DNA of 55,873 nucleotides, filler included, from Jimgerdemannia flammicorona (taxonomy: Eukaryota), in the NCBI GenBank assembly GCA_003990765.1. It is 3 parts of 3 records of this genome, joined end to end, with 100 filler letters (N's around TTAATTAATTAA, not from the genome) between each part and the next. Parts side by side here need not be neighbours in the genome. Positions count along the whole stretch, not along the records: positions 1 to 18,560 come from RBNJ01002179.1; 2 more parts are not named here. One strand, written 5' to 3'. Position numbers and translations under genes: made by a program. Shown here piece by piece: positions 1 through 13,560 of the stretch. Position 1 is the stretch's first letter. Each line of letters starts with the position of its first letter. Under the pieces are notes generated by a model that was given only the letters and a program-made list of their open reading frames with translations, was not told where the DNA came from and searched no databases.

Positions 1-1526
1 AAAGTCAAGTACAGATATATCGGATCTCAAAGCATGCATTATCTACTAATGCATTCACCATGCCAACTGCAAACTGAACAAACATTGTGTTCAAATCAAC
101 TTTGACATATTATTATTCATTTCACTCTGCTACAAGACCCCGATGACTTTGTTAATCACTGCATTGGGCAAAAGGTTCAACTAACTAGTTGTATAGTGGT
201 TTGTAGAGAAAGGTCAAATTCAAGCACGATAAATTGGTCCTTGAAGCATGGACTATTCACCAATACACTCGCCGCGAAAAGAGCAACTTTATTTTCTAGT
301 GCTACACTGCGTTATCCTAACCCCTCACCAGTCCTCCAACGGAACCTCGCCGTCCCCGCTTCCTTCTTTGTATTTCCTTCCGCACGCTTCTCCAGCCGTG
401 GGCGAACTCGAGCGCCTCCTGCACCTGCCCATCGCCTTTGCTCGAATGGCACAGATGGTGCAATGTCTTGTTAATTTTTTGTGTAGAAAACATCTTGGTA
501 TGGATGCCTCAATGCGAACGGGCTTGTTATCTATTAGGCAACGATCAATACACAAAACGGAAGGATAATCCTTCATGCATTATTACAAGACAATCGGGAG
601 GACAGCCTAAAACGCCTTCATTATAGAGCGTTCCGCGTAAGGTGTGTGTAAATCGTAGACCACAAAAAAAAAAAAAAAAAAAAAAAAAAAGAAACATTAA
701 CGCTCGTTTATCTTATCTTGTTTATTTTATATTCTCTGTTTGACCAAGTTGGAAAAGGGGTAATCGGGGTGTATTCTGTCTATTTTATTTTAAAATATAA
801 CACTCGGATCAATGCTCTTTAAGTATGACCATCACATCAGTGTCCTCCGGACTTTAATTTTCCTCCCTTTCTATATCATTGCCGATTTTCCGATGCGTCA
901 CCACGTTCGGTTTACACCGTAGGAGCGGGAGAAGATTGGTATGGTACAGTGTGGACCCGGAGGTTTGCTCAAGAGGCATCCATCTGCCGCGAGAATATGT
1001 CGCGCGAGTACGTTGGTGATAATGCATGACTGATACATATATACCCGACTTTGGAATTTGTAAGCCTGTATGTTTTCGTTGGAATAATATTCATAATTCA
1101 TCCGATAAGGCGTTTATATTTGTATTCTTGCTGATAAGCGTCGCGAAAATCAAAGTCATCGGACATGGCCGCGAAATCGGGCATTAGTAAACTCATTGTG
1201 GTCGCTGCACATCAACGATGAGCCATGCATTTCCTCTCCAACTTCAGATGTGGCCGCACGTTACGCAAGCGGATCCATCGGACCCTCATCGTTTTCGAGT
1301 GAGGTCTGGTGAATTATTTAAATGATTGCTTGAAGGGCCCAAACCAAGATGGAGACCCAATTTCGGACCTAGGTGTGGATCAATCTCGGAGTCTGAATCG
1401 ATGAGGATATTTGCGGTAGTGGCGATGGTGTGGGGAAGGGCCTGTGCGAATCTTGGCAAATTTCATGGGGTTGCTTAGCGGAAGGTGATCGGGTCTTGAA
1501 GGAGGGGACAGGGTCAAGTTTGGTTC

Positions 1527-4492
1527 TGATTTCCTTGGTCATCTTTGGCCAATAGAACTCTCTTGAGAGGAGATTGTAGGTCTTCTTAGAGCCAAAGTGT
1601 CCTGCTGTAGGAGTATCATGGAGTTTCTGCATGATATTGAGCCACAGAATATCATAGTTGGGTAAAACCACTCTGTCATGGTCTCTGTAGATAAGTCCAT
1701 CATGGTAAGTGAATCTTTTGGACATTTGTCTCATGGATTCTGGGACCTTGACCTCTGGGTCTTAGCAGAATTGAAGAAAATTCACCAGGGGGCTGTTCTG
1801 TTGGTAGCTATCCTTGATCATCTGAGTAAGGTCTCCAATTATCTTAACTATAAAGACAAGTTCATCTTCCATATATCTGGAAAAACCATCAGCCATATAA
1901 TTGGTTTTGCCTGGGATATACTTGATTTCTATATTAAAGTTGACAATGATTTCCATCCAGCAGAATTGTCTGTGGGTCAGCAGACTGTAGTATAGTGGTC
2001 AGTGTAGGCCACAAATGGTTGTCCTAGAAGAAAATGATACTATTCCTAAAGTGCTATGATAATGGCCAGAAGTTCCTTCTTATGGGTGATGTATCAGATT
2101 TCAGCTGGCTTAAGCCTCAATGGCAATATTAGAGGCATTTGTGGTCAGAGTAAATGGCCTGATAGGGTCAGATACAATTAGCACTGAGGCCTTAGTAAAG
2201 AGTCTCTTAAGATGGTCTATAATCTGAGTATACTTAGGGGCCCATTCAATCTTAATGTTCACTCCTTTGTGGGCCAGGCTGGTCAGTGAGACTACAATAG
2301 CAGAATATCTTTAGATAAACCTTCAGTAGTAACCAATAATACCCAGAAAGTACTGGAGTAGCTTGAGAGTAGTGAGGATAGAAATATTCTTGAGAGCTGA
2401 TACCTTTTGGGGGTCTATATTGATATCTTCAGCAGAGATGATATATCTTAGATATTCAATCTGATCTTGATAGAACTTGCACTTGCTCATCTTGGTATAG
2501 AGCTGGTATTATCACAGATGGGTCAGTATCTGTCTGAGATGGGTATAGTGTAATTCTACTGTTTTACTATAGATTAGTATATCATCAATATATACTAGGA
2601 CACAAATGTTGAAGTGGTCTAAAGATATCATTCATCATATACTAGAATGTTGCTGGTGTATTAGTCAAATAAAAAGGCATGACTCAGATCTGATAGTATC
2701 TAAACTATATTCAGAAAGCTGTCTTTTCAATATCCTTCTCATCAATAAGAATCTGATGGTAGCCATTTCACAAGTTTAGTTAGAAAAAGGTCTTGGTCTT
2801 AAAGATCTGATATAACAACTCATCAATTCTAGGCAAGGTATATTGATTCTTAATAGTGATCTTATTGAGAGCTCTGTAGTCAATATATATTTACAGAGAG
2901 ACATCCTTCTTCTTGATAAACAGAATGAGGGTTCCAAATAGAGAGTTGCTGAGTTTAATATATCTTTGGACCAATAGTTTGATCAACTCATCCTTGAGGG
3001 TCTTAAGTTCAGATTGGGCCAGTTGGTGAATACTCTTATATGGAGGTTCAGAACCTAGAATAAGGTCAATTTTATATTGAATTTGGTGCTTGGGTGGAAG
3101 TCTGTAGGGATCCTAGAATACATCTTAGAATTCCTCAAATAGTTCTTGAACTTCTGATAGAATTGGGCTACTTGAAGCTTTGGTGACTTCTTGTATAGTA
3201 CAGATGAAGTAAGTGTTTTCTTTTTTGTGAGAGAGTCTCTTCATTTAAATGGTAGAGATAATTTTGATTCCTTGATAGTTGGTAGTATCAGGGTGATATT
3301 TCTGCTTTTATGAGTCAGGTTAACCATGTTGGTCCTCCAGTTAATGTCTTGGTTGTGCTGGGTCAACCAGACTTTTTTTAGGACAATATCTTGTCCTGGG
3401 AGGTCTATAATACTGAAGTCCAACTTCTCTTAATATTTGCTAATCCTGAGCAATAGGTCTTTACAGATCTTGGTCAATAGTGTAGTCTTGTCATTACTAA
3501 AGATAACACTTCTTTTTTCAGTAACTGGTTTGCTTTAGGCTTCAATTCTCTTAGTAGTCTTAGTACTGATATAATTTTCAGTAGCACTACTATCAAGTAA
3601 GACATTAATATTCTGTCTGAGAACTTGGCCTGTGAACTTGATACAACTGTTCTCCTTCTTGATAGTATTGAGCTCTTTATTCTCATTGTTGTCCTAGTTA
3701 CTGTCAGTCTCCTTGAAGTCAGTCTCTTTCTATTCTTTACAAGAAGAGTGGTCTTGTTTGAGTTTCTCAGGCTGTTGGGCTTGGTGTCTTTCAGAATTGA
3801 TTTTGAAAACTTTGAAGAGATATGTATGATATTCATCAATATGTTCCATACAGTATATTTGGATAGAATGAGGATATTATCTATATGGTATATAATTATC
3901 TACAATTCTCTTATACTAGTTTTCATTATCTTTCTTCATGGTGATAATCTTTTGAATGGAGGGTTTGTTAGTTGATCCAAACCCTTTATTACTATGATCT
4001 ATCTGGGAGAGTTTGGGGACTTTTTCAATAGTGAGATCTTAATAGATTTATTCAATAATTATCTGAGCAATTCTTTGATCTATCTTGACTTTAAATGAGG
4101 TATCTCCAAAATTTTGCAAGATAATATAGATTTCACCAATAAATCTTTAGTCAACTACTTCTCCTTCTAACTCAATGTTGAATTCTTTGGTCAGACTACT
4201 TCATTCAGCAAGGCAGATATATGTTTCTTTAGAGACTTGTATTGCAATCTCTGTTTGCACTGTAGTATTAATATATGGTGGAATAGTGAGATCTTGGCTA
4301 CTATAGAGGTTATATCCTATATCAGTGAGATGAATCTTAGTGGGAATGGTAGCCTTATACTATATCTTCTATACTTTGATAATATTTTTAGAGTTCTTCT
4401 TTTCTGGACCTTCTCCAATAACAGTGATTCTGGTTACTGGGTTCATCTGATCTGTTTCTCTTCTCAAAGCATTTAACAGAGATATATCCTAC
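1527..4492 (-). mobile_element. Degenerate Ty3/Gypsy family A fragment (A1): end of gag zinc knuckle, dUTPase, protease, RT, RNase H, start of integrase
   Basis: Minus-strand peptides LHDTPTAGHFGSKKTYNLLSREFYWP (integrase Zn-binding), IKYIPGKTNYMADGFSR (RNase H end) and GQDIVLKKVWLTQHNQDINW (protease end). Collinear with A3 at 12370-15520. Cut at 4492 by the LTR of A2. Many premature stops. Confidence 0.93.
3975..4360 (-). pseudogene. dUTPase domain of element A1 (uninterrupted copy)
   Basis: Reverse complement matches the A3 dUTPase. Motifs GYNLYS, EGEVVD*RFIGEI, QRIAQ and KGLDQ/GFGST-like are recognisable. No MITE here, so it shows the empty insertion site. Confidence 0.85.
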
Positions 4493-5254
4493 TATAATAA
4501 CTCTTATTTCTATCCCTCTCTTATTCTTTAATACTTAGAGAAATAAAGTATTACTTAGGAACTTAGTATATAATGTATACTAAGAAGCCTTCAGTTTGAG
4601 AAAACACTTACTTGAAAGTAGTTATAGCAGCAGTACTCTTCTTATCAATCTTGGTTGTAAGAGACTTATTCTTTACTGTACATAGACTAAATTCACCTTG
4701 GAATTCAGATTCAATGAGTTTACTTAAGTCTTTGTGATTTATATATTGATCTCAGTTCTGGCAGAAGTTAGCTAGGCTTCTGGAGTTTAGTCAGAAATAC
4801 TAGAGTTATTTAGATGTCATTACTAAGACTCAGGAGAATGTGTATATAGAGGGGGGACTTGATTCTTATATTAAGAACTGAATTAAAACTACTTTATTTC
4901 AGATAGAAATTGGGGGGTATTTATATAAGTTGGTCTATAATTTCTAACTAAGTATAAGTGACTAATTTGATAACTATAGTGAGGTTTGTAATCATGATCT
5001 TTATTAGATAGTTTGTGGCAAAAAACACTTTGTGATTAGGACCTCAATTACTAGATAATGATCAGTTACTGTAGTAATAGTTATTATAGCACTGATTGTT
5101 GGAGATAAGCTAGATATCATTTTTTGCATCATTTTACATCATTTGTTATATTTATTATTCATATATCACACTTGATCATATGATAATATCATTGCTGAGT
5201 CATATGATCACTTGTCACATCTTGTCTATTTATATATTCATTCATTCTATTATA
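4493..5254 (-). repeat. Family A 3' LTR of A2 (~760 bp)
   Basis: Reverse complement of 9795-10544. Ends TATAATAG...GTTATTATA are mutated TG...CA termini. Confidence 0.9.
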
Positions 5255-5265
5255 TCCTTTTCTCC

Positions 5266-6094
5266 TTAAAAATCAATATCCTTATTGATTTGGAAATTGA
5301 GAACCAGGAGAGAGAAAGGTGGAGAATCTTCCTCAGTATTATTGTCTTCTTCTTCTATAGCTGGAGGAGTGGTTACTAATGGTTCAATGTCCAGGGTAGA
5401 GAAGTTAATGAGGTCTGCAAATGATTCTTGAACTGGTATAGGTATTGAGGTAGGGGTTCTCTATCTAATATAATTGGGACCATCTAAGTAGGGTTTTTGA
5501 TCCTCATGTCTGGAGATATCTATTTGGATGAGCAGTCCTTCAAAGAGGTCAGAGAGACCTTGGAGCCATTGGTCTGGATTATTATTTAGGAGGAGACTCT
5601 AGTGGGGTTTGTAGTCAGTGGACTTGAGGGTAATCCAGAAGTTGGCTTCTTGGGCTATCTTGATCTCTAGCTTATCATTCTTGAGAAAGGAGAGGTTCTG
5701 GAAGTCCTTCAGTTGTACATAGTTGAGGTTAGAGATTGTAAAAGATATATGACATATGATTTGATGGACCTTCTTGGCTAGTCTTTGCTCATATCTGTCC
5801 AGATTGGTCCAGTCTGAGACCTGGTCAGTGGGTAGGTCATTCACACATTAAAGAAGTTGATGATCAATTTCATATTTATGCCAGATTTCTAGGTAGCTGA
5901 TAGCAAGGGTAGGCCCTTTCAATGACTTTATGGCAGTTGAGAACATAATGTCCTAGATTCTAGCTGGAGAGATTAAGAGCCTCAGAGTAGTGGTTCCTTC
6001 CTTGAATAGCAACCTGGATATGTCCAAAGAGATGATCAATCTGGCTTAGGAGGGGCTGGCTATAGCAGATAGTTTGATAGTGGGTAGCAGGAAT
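5266..6094 (-). pseudogene. Family A accessory ORF (ORF3), degenerate copy
   Basis: Includes EIWHKYEID and LDRYEQRLAKKVHQIICHISFTISNLNYVQLKDFQNLS (ORF 5599-5844). Ends EDIDF* at the PPT, as at 17275-18168. Confidence 0.8.
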
Positions 6095-9000
6095 TCTTGT
6101 CTTGTCTTTTCTTTAGAGAGGAGAGGTGGGGATAAGAGTTGTAGTATATTTATGTCTTGAGTATTTATACTTATTTGTCTATCTAGTGTGATCTTGATTT
6201 AATCATGCTTTCTAGCAGAATATATGACCTGTTGCTGTAAGTGAGATATATGCTGGTTACATGAGAAAATTCTGATTTCAAAGATATTGCCACTTACAGT
6301 TGTGGTTACACAGGGTTGACAGATCTTGCTCCTCTTTTTTTTTATCTAATTGATATATTTGCAAGAACTGGCCATCCTTGTCTAGGGTGAGGGCTCTCAT
6401 TATCATAGCTGGGGGTTTGAATCTCTCAGAAATAGTATTTTTTGTAATCTGAGACAATTCCTAGTAATAATATTTATCACATGGATAGACTTAGATTGGT
6501 TTCAACATTGTTGGCTTTCCTATATAAAGTATCTGTCATCATTTAGTAGAGATGATATAGATGTTATGAAATGGAGTTATTCAAATATATTTTACTATAC
6601 TATACTAGGTTGTTCTTCACCTAAGTATCTTTCTTATTAATTAGATATAGTATTTCTTTTTCTGTTAATATTTGGTATTATATATTCTAGATAAATATAT
6701 AGTATCTTATTTCTTTGCTATACATATACTCTAAGCTTTAAAGCTGTAGTTTCTTTCTTTGCTAGAGAGTGAGTGTTTCTATGTAGTCCTGGAGGGCTTT
6801 ATATATATTCTCCAAAGCTTTCTCTTTTTCTCAAATAGTATCATAGATGAGATAACTCTTCTACTTGATAAGGAAAAACTGCTTAACTGTTTTGGGATAT
6901 TTGTGGATCTTGTGATCAGGTACTTCCTCAATTTCAAATTCCCCATAATTATTGATTCTAATTGGGAGTAGTGGTAGAACTAATACTCAGAAAAGGGGTT
7001 CTTATAATAGTCCACCAATTGGCTGATATGGAATACTGGGTATACTTGAATATTATAAGAAAGTTGTAACTTATAGTTGACTTTGCTGACTTTTTCCACA
7101 ATCTTATATAGTCCAATTCTTCTAGCATAGAGTTTCTTGGCTGGTTGTTGTACCAGGATATCTGGATGGAGATAGTTTGTTCTAAGTATGACTATGTCAC
7201 CAATATTATAGGAGACTTCTCTTTGCTTCAAGTTCACATACTTGGCTTAGTAGTTCTGTACTTCTATGAGAGCATCTTTTGTCATTTGGGTAAGATCAGA
7301 AATGGTCTTGGCCAAATCTTGAGCTGCTGGAACTGCTGATTTTGCAGTAGTGCTCAGGGTTCTTGGGTGTTGACTATGGTTCAGGAAGAATAGAGTCTTA
7401 TTTGTAAATATTTGCTAGCTATTGTTGTAAACAAACTTGGTATGAGCTGGGTATTTGTCTCAATTATTCTACTTGTAACAGCAGAAGATACTAAACATCT
7501 GCTTAAGAGTTCTATTGGTTTGCTCAGTTTAACCATCAGTCTGGAGATAGTAGGTAGTGAAGAAATTCAGCTTAGTTCTATAGAGAGAGAAGAATGCCTT
7601 CCAGAAGTTACTTGTAAACTTGAAATCTCAGTCAGATACAATAATGCTAGATATGCTATATAGTCTGAATACTTGGTTGAGGAAAATCTCAGCAATCTCT
7701 GGTATTGTAGTAGTAGTCTTAATAGGTACAAAATGGGCTTGTTTGCTTAGGCAGTCCACAAATACTACAATGATATCCTATCTTGCCTTGGTCTTGGGGA
7801 GCTGGACAATGAAGTCTATTGCAATCTGATCTGAGATAGGCAGGGGTTGCAGAAGTCCTACAGATAGCTTATTACTGCTCTTAAATATTTGGTACATCTT
7901 GTATGAGGTCACAAAGTCTTTGATATCCTTAGTCATCTTTGGTCAGTAGAACTCTCTTAAGAGGAGATTGTAGATCTTTTTGAAACCAAAATATCCTACT
8001 ACAGGAGTATTATGGATTTCCTGTATGATCTTGAGCTACAGAGTATCATTATTGGGTACAACTACTCTGTCATAGTCTCTGTAGCTAAGTCCATCATGGT
8101 AAGTAAATCTCTTGGACATTTGCCTCATGGGTTCTGGGACCTTGGCCTCTGGGTCTTGATAGAATTGAAGAAATTTCACCAGAGAGCTGTCCTATTGGTA
8201 GCCATTTTTGATTATCTTTATAAGGTCTCTAATTATCTTAACTATGAAGATAAGTTTATCTTCTATATATCTGGAGAAACCATCAGCCATGCAGTTGGTT
8301 TTGTCTGAAATATACTTGATTTCTATATCAAAGTTGGTAATGATTTCCATTCAGTGAGCTTATCTATGGATCAGTATGAGCTATGTATAAATATATCACA
8401 GAGTATAGTAATCAGTATAGGCTACAAATAGTTATCCTAGGAGGAAATAGTACTATTCCTAGAGTACAGTAACAATGGTCAGGAGTACCTTCTCATGGGT
8501 AGTATATTGAGTCTCAGCTGACTTGAGCTTTTGAGAAAGGTAGGCCACTAGGTGATCTTCTTGACTGAGTACTGCCCCAATAGCAATATTAGAGATATTT
8601 GTGATCAGAGTAATTGGCCTAGTAGAGTTAGGTGCAATTAGCACTAGGGCCTCAGTAAGGAGTCTTTTGAGATAGTCCATAGCTGGAGTATACTTGAGGG
8701 TCTATTTGGTCTTGATGTTCACTCCTTTATAGGCCAGACTGATCAGTAGGGCTGCAATAGCAGAGTATTCTTAGATAAATCTTTGGTAGTAGTCAGTAAT
8801 ATCCAGAAAGTGCTAGATTAGCTTAAGGGTAGTGGAAATGAGAATATCCTTGGGGTGGATACCTTTTGGGGGTCCATATTGATACCTTCAGCAGAGATGA
8901 TATGTTCTAGGTACTCAATCTGATCTTGATAGAACTTGCACTTACTCATCTTAGTATAGAGTTAGTATTCTTACAGAAGGATCAGTACCTGCCTGAGGTG

Positions 9001-9794
9001 GGTGTAGTATAACTCTACTGTTTCACTGTAGATTAGTATATCATCAATATACACAAGGACATAAATATTGAAGAGTGGTCCAAAGATATCATTCATCAGA
9101 TACTAGAATGTTACTGATATATTGGTCAAATAAAAAGACATAACTTGAAACTGATAGTATCCAAACTACATTCAGAAAACTGTCTTTTCAATATCCTTTT
9201 TATCAATGAGAATCTGATGGTAGCCATATCACAAGTCTAGTAGGGAAAAGGTCTTGGTCTTGAAGATTTGGTACAATAACTTATCAATCCTAGACAAGAT
9301 ATACTGGTTTTTGACAGTGATCTTGTTGAGGGCTCTGTAGTCAATATATATTCACAGAGAGCCATCCTTCTTCTTGACAAATAGAATGGAAGCTCCAAAT
9401 GGAGAGCAGTTAGATTTAATATATCTTTGGACCAATAGTTTGGTTAACTCATCCTTAAGGGTCTTGAGTTTAGATTGTGCCAGTTGATAGATACTCTTGT
9501 ATAGAGGTTCAGATCCTGGAATGAGATCAATTCCATGTTAGATTTGGCACTTAGGTGGAAGTCCTTGAGGATCCTGAAATTTATCTTGAAATTCCTTAAA
9601 TAGTTCTTAAGCTTCTGCTGAGATTGGGCTACTTAGAGCTTCAGTAACTTCTTGTATAGTACAGATGAAGTAAGTGTTTCCTTTTTTATAGAAGAGTCTC
9701 TTCATTTGGATGGCAGAGATGATTTTGATTCCTTGATGGTTGGTACCTTCCTGAGGTGTCAGGGTGATCTTTCTGCCTTTATGAGTTAGGTTAA

Positions 9795-10544
9795 TATAAT
9801 AGAATGAGCAAACAAATGAGATGCGATATGTGATCACATAACCCAGCAATGATGTCATTATATGAATGAGTGTGACATATGAGATTACAGACAATATGAA
9901 TGATGCGAACGATGTGAATGATGCAAACAACGTGAATAAACAATATCTAGCTTATCCCCAGTAATCGGCGCCACAGCAATCAATACCACAGCAACCAGTG
10001 CCACAGCAATACTGATCATTGTCTAGCAATAGATGTCACAATTACAAACCTCACTCATACTTAGTCAGAAATCATGGACCAACTTGTATAAATACCCCCC
10101 AGTTTCCATCTGAAATAAAGCAGTTTTAGTTTAGTCCTTGATACAAGAATCAAGTCCCCCCCCACATACACACATTCCCCTGAGTCTAGTAATGACACCT
10201 AAGTGACTCTAGTGTTTCTAACTAAACTCTAGAAGTCTAGCTAATTTCTGCCACAACTGAGACTGGTATATAAATTTCCAAAGATTTAAGTAAACCCATT
10301 GAATCTGAATTCCAAGATGAATTCAGTCTATGCACAGCAAAGAACAAGACCCTTGAAAGATAGGACATATCAAAAGAGAAAGATATTTGAAAGATAAGGC
10401 ACTGCCACTATAACTACTTTTAAGTGAGCACTTTCTCAAACTGAAGGCTTCTTAGTACACATTGTGTACTAAGTCTCTAAGTAATAGTCTTACTTCCCTA
10501 ATTATCTAAAGGATAAGAGAGGGGTAGAAGTGAGAGTTATTACA
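9795..10544 (+). repeat. Family A 5' LTR (750 bp)
   Basis: TATAATAG...GTTATTACA; TATAAATA at ~10087 and AATAAA downstream; homologous to 18180-18560. Confidence 0.92.
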
Positions 10545-10547
10545 ACT

Positions 10548-10558
10548 TGGTAGTAGTG
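10548..10558 (+). promoter_or_regulatory. Primer binding site (tRNA-iMet type, mutated)
   Basis: TGGTAGTAGTG 3 nt after the LTR. It is the C>T-mutated form of TGGTAGCAGCG seen at 55150. Confidence 0.75.
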
Positions 10559-12508
10559 GATTACCAAGCCAAGAAGGTACTAAGAACATACTCCTGAAGT
10601 TGGAACAAGACCAACCTTGGACAGGAGTAACTCCCAGAACCAACTGTGGATCCCCAAATCAGAGCCAAAGAAATCCTTGCCATTAGGACCAAGTGGTACC
10701 AGGAAACCACAGACCCAGGGATCCACCAGCTTGTAATTAACTAGGCTTACAAGAATCTATATCAGGCCTTTTGAACTTACCATCCAGGACATAGAAATAT
10801 AGTCAGCTGCCATATCTACAAACTTCTCCATAGATATATTGGAACCACTAGGACCCCAGAATCTACTGCTGCAGCCACCCAGGATTTTCTAGATTATATC
10901 ACACTCCCTGCTGCAAGAGAAGCAGCTGCCAAGTGGATTACCTCTGACAGATATCATCATACCTCTACCAAGACCTCTCTCTACTACAGGCTAGTTGTAT
11001 ACTATGCCTCTGCCATAACCAGATATGAGAACGAGCAAGCAGGTCACCCATCCTCTACTGCTGAACAAGGAGTAGGTCCATCTACCTAGTCAGAAACTAA
11101 TATCCTCTTTGAAGGACCTAGTTAGTACAAGGATGTATTATCTTATCAGGGAAGGAAGTCAGATGAAGACTCTACAGATTATCAGTCTAATGATAGCCAA
11201 CTAGGAACAGCAGGCCTAGGACTTTACCAAGGAACTACAGGTCAAGAAAATCAGACCCCAGAACCAACCCAGCCACCTATATAGAGGTTTGGTTTATCCT
11301 CTCTCATAGGAATCTTTGATCTGATATCTGAGAATCAAGTAACCCCAAGTCATACAGCTCTACAACTCCACCAAGCAGAACAATCTTTAGGAGAATCTAC
11401 TCCTACAGACCTACCACCAATAGTCAATACAATAGTAGATGCCAATATTGTAGCACTGACTATCCAACTAGCTACACTAGTAGGGATAGTAGGACAGATT
11501 TCTGAACAGAACAAGCCAACTAAGACTTTGCGAATCCTAACATTTAGTGGAAAAAACAGTAACATTGAAAACTTCATCAATATAGTTAATACAGATTATT
11601 GAGCAAACCAATGGAATGACAATTGAGTATTAATAGGAATACTCACTAACAACCAGAACAACACTCTCCAATAGTTGTTTGCCACATCAGCAACATAAGT
11701 GGAAACAGTAGCCACATTCTTTACTGGAACAGCAACTAAATTCTGGCAAACCTTGAAACAGCACCCAGTAATCTGAGAAGACTGTTCTCAAGTTACAGGT
11801 CAGACACAAGTCCATAATAGACCAGGTTGGGATGACTATGAAGCAGGCCCAGGACTTAAGGCCTTACTACTGATCAAATTCCAAAATGCAGCCTATATAT
11901 AAGAAACTTAGAACAAATTGTCCCAGATGAAATTCCACAAGAATGGCGAGAGGGATCTTGAAACCTTTGTCACCAGGATGGATGCCTATCTCAAAACCAT
12001 TAGACTTACCTACCAGGAAACCAATTTGGCCATCAATGGTACCAGAGCCAACCATCTCTTTGTAGCCCTACCAGACTGGCTCACCCAGAAGATCAAGGAA
12101 CAAGGTCTTCTCCAAGGATGTCCCCACTACTCATAGTGCTTTGCCCAAGTACAAAGAAGAGCCTATGAAATCCTTGCTATATAAGCCCTACAAAATCAAG
12201 AATACAAGAAGGATAACCAAGATAGGAGGAATCCTACCAGGAGAAATGATCAAAGGAATGACCAAAGATATGATCAAAGGAACCAGCAAAACCCCAGAGG
12301 ACCCAGACCTCTCACTGAGGATGAAAAGAAGCAGCTTCATAAAAAGAGATTGTGCTTCATCTGCAAGAAGACAGGACACATCTCTTTCAAATGCTCTGAG
12401 AAGAGAAACAGATCAGGCAAACCCAGTAACCAGAACATTACTGTCATTAGAGAAGGTCCAGGAAAGAAGAACCCTGAGAATGTCATCAAAGTACAGAAAA
12501 TATGGTAC

Positions 12509-13560
12509 AAGGCTACCATCTCCACTAAGGCCCACCTAGTGCTCCAAACGAGTCAATCCAGATGGGATTCGGATGGATTCGAATCCCATCTGGATCAACT
12601 CGGATTGGATTCGAATCCTATCTGGATCAACTCGGATTGGATTCGAATCCCATCTGGATGGATTCGAATCAACCATTGTTTTGATTTCTAAATTGGACAA
12701 TTAAATGTTTACATCAATAACTCGATAACTAATCATCCAAATTTAATGTTCTTGGTGTCATTTGAAAGCCCTTAATAAGGCCTTTCTAATGATATCAAGA
12801 ACATTAAAATCGGATTACGCGTTGCCGAGATATTAAGGAAAATGTTCTATTTGACGAAATTTCCAAAATCGGCAAATCGAAGAATTTCCAAAATCGGCGA
12901 TTCAGACGGTTTCCTTCATAACTCAGCAACGTATGATCTGATTTCAATATTCTTGGTATCATTAGATAGGCCTTATTAAGGGCTTTCAAATGACACTAAG
13001 ATCATCAATTTTGGATGATTATTCATTGAGTTATTGATGTAAAAATTTAATTATCTAATTTGGAAATCAAAACAATGGTTGATTCGAATCTATCCAGATG
13101 GGATTTGAATCCCATCCGAGTTGATCTGGATGGGATTCAATCTGAATCAATTCAAATCCAATCCGGATTAAATTGACTCGTTAGGAGCACTAGGCCCACC
13201 CAACTGATGCTGGATATAATCTCTACAGTAGCCAAGACCTCACTATTCTACCAAGTACTAATGCTACAGTATGAACAGGGATTACAATGTAAGCTCCCAA
13301 AGGTACATACATCTGCCTTGCTGAGCGAAGTAGCCTAGCCAAAGAGTTCAAAATTGGGCTAGGAGGAGGAATAGTTGACTAAGGATTTACTAACAAAATC
13401 CATGTCATCTTGCAAAATTTTGGAGACACATCATTTAAAGTCAAAGTAGGCCAAAGGATTGCCCAAGCAATCATTGAAGAAATCTGTCAAGATCTTACCA
13501 TTGAAGAAGTCTCCGAGCTCTCTCAAACAGACTATGGCAAGAAAGGGTTTGGATTAACCA
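12509..13560 (+). pseudogene. dUTPase domain of A3 between the gag zinc knuckle and protease, split by a MITE
   Basis: Joined across the MITE: KATISTKAH|PTDAGYNLYS...AERSSLAK...GGGIVD*GFTNKIHVIL...GQRIAQ...YGKKGFGLT, matching the five trimeric dUTPase motifs. Confidence 0.9.
12537..13192. mobile_element. Non-autonomous hAT-type foldback MITE (656 bp)
   Basis: 8-bp TSD GGCCCACC at 12529-12536 and 13193-13200; TIRs TAGTGCTCC(A/T)AACGAGTCAAT; subterminal GGATTCGAATCC repeats; absent from the A1 copy. Confidence 0.92.

Larger units (their letters stand above)
4493..9794 (-). mobile_element. Degenerate Ty3/Gypsy chromovirus family A element (A2): RT, RNase H, integrase, chromodomain, accessory ORF, PPT, 3' LTR
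   Basis: Collinear with A3. Peptides VAYLSQKLKSAETQYTTHEK and IGLYKIVEKVSKVNYKLQL...VYPVFHISQL. PPT (aaggagaaaagga on -) at 5255-5267 abuts the LTR. Truncated at 9794 by insertion of A3. Confidence 0.93.

Noticed and set aside
196..1500. Short ORFs in the CpG-normal region at the window start
   Set aside because: Possibly exons or remnants, but no recognisable motif or consistent splice model could be built.
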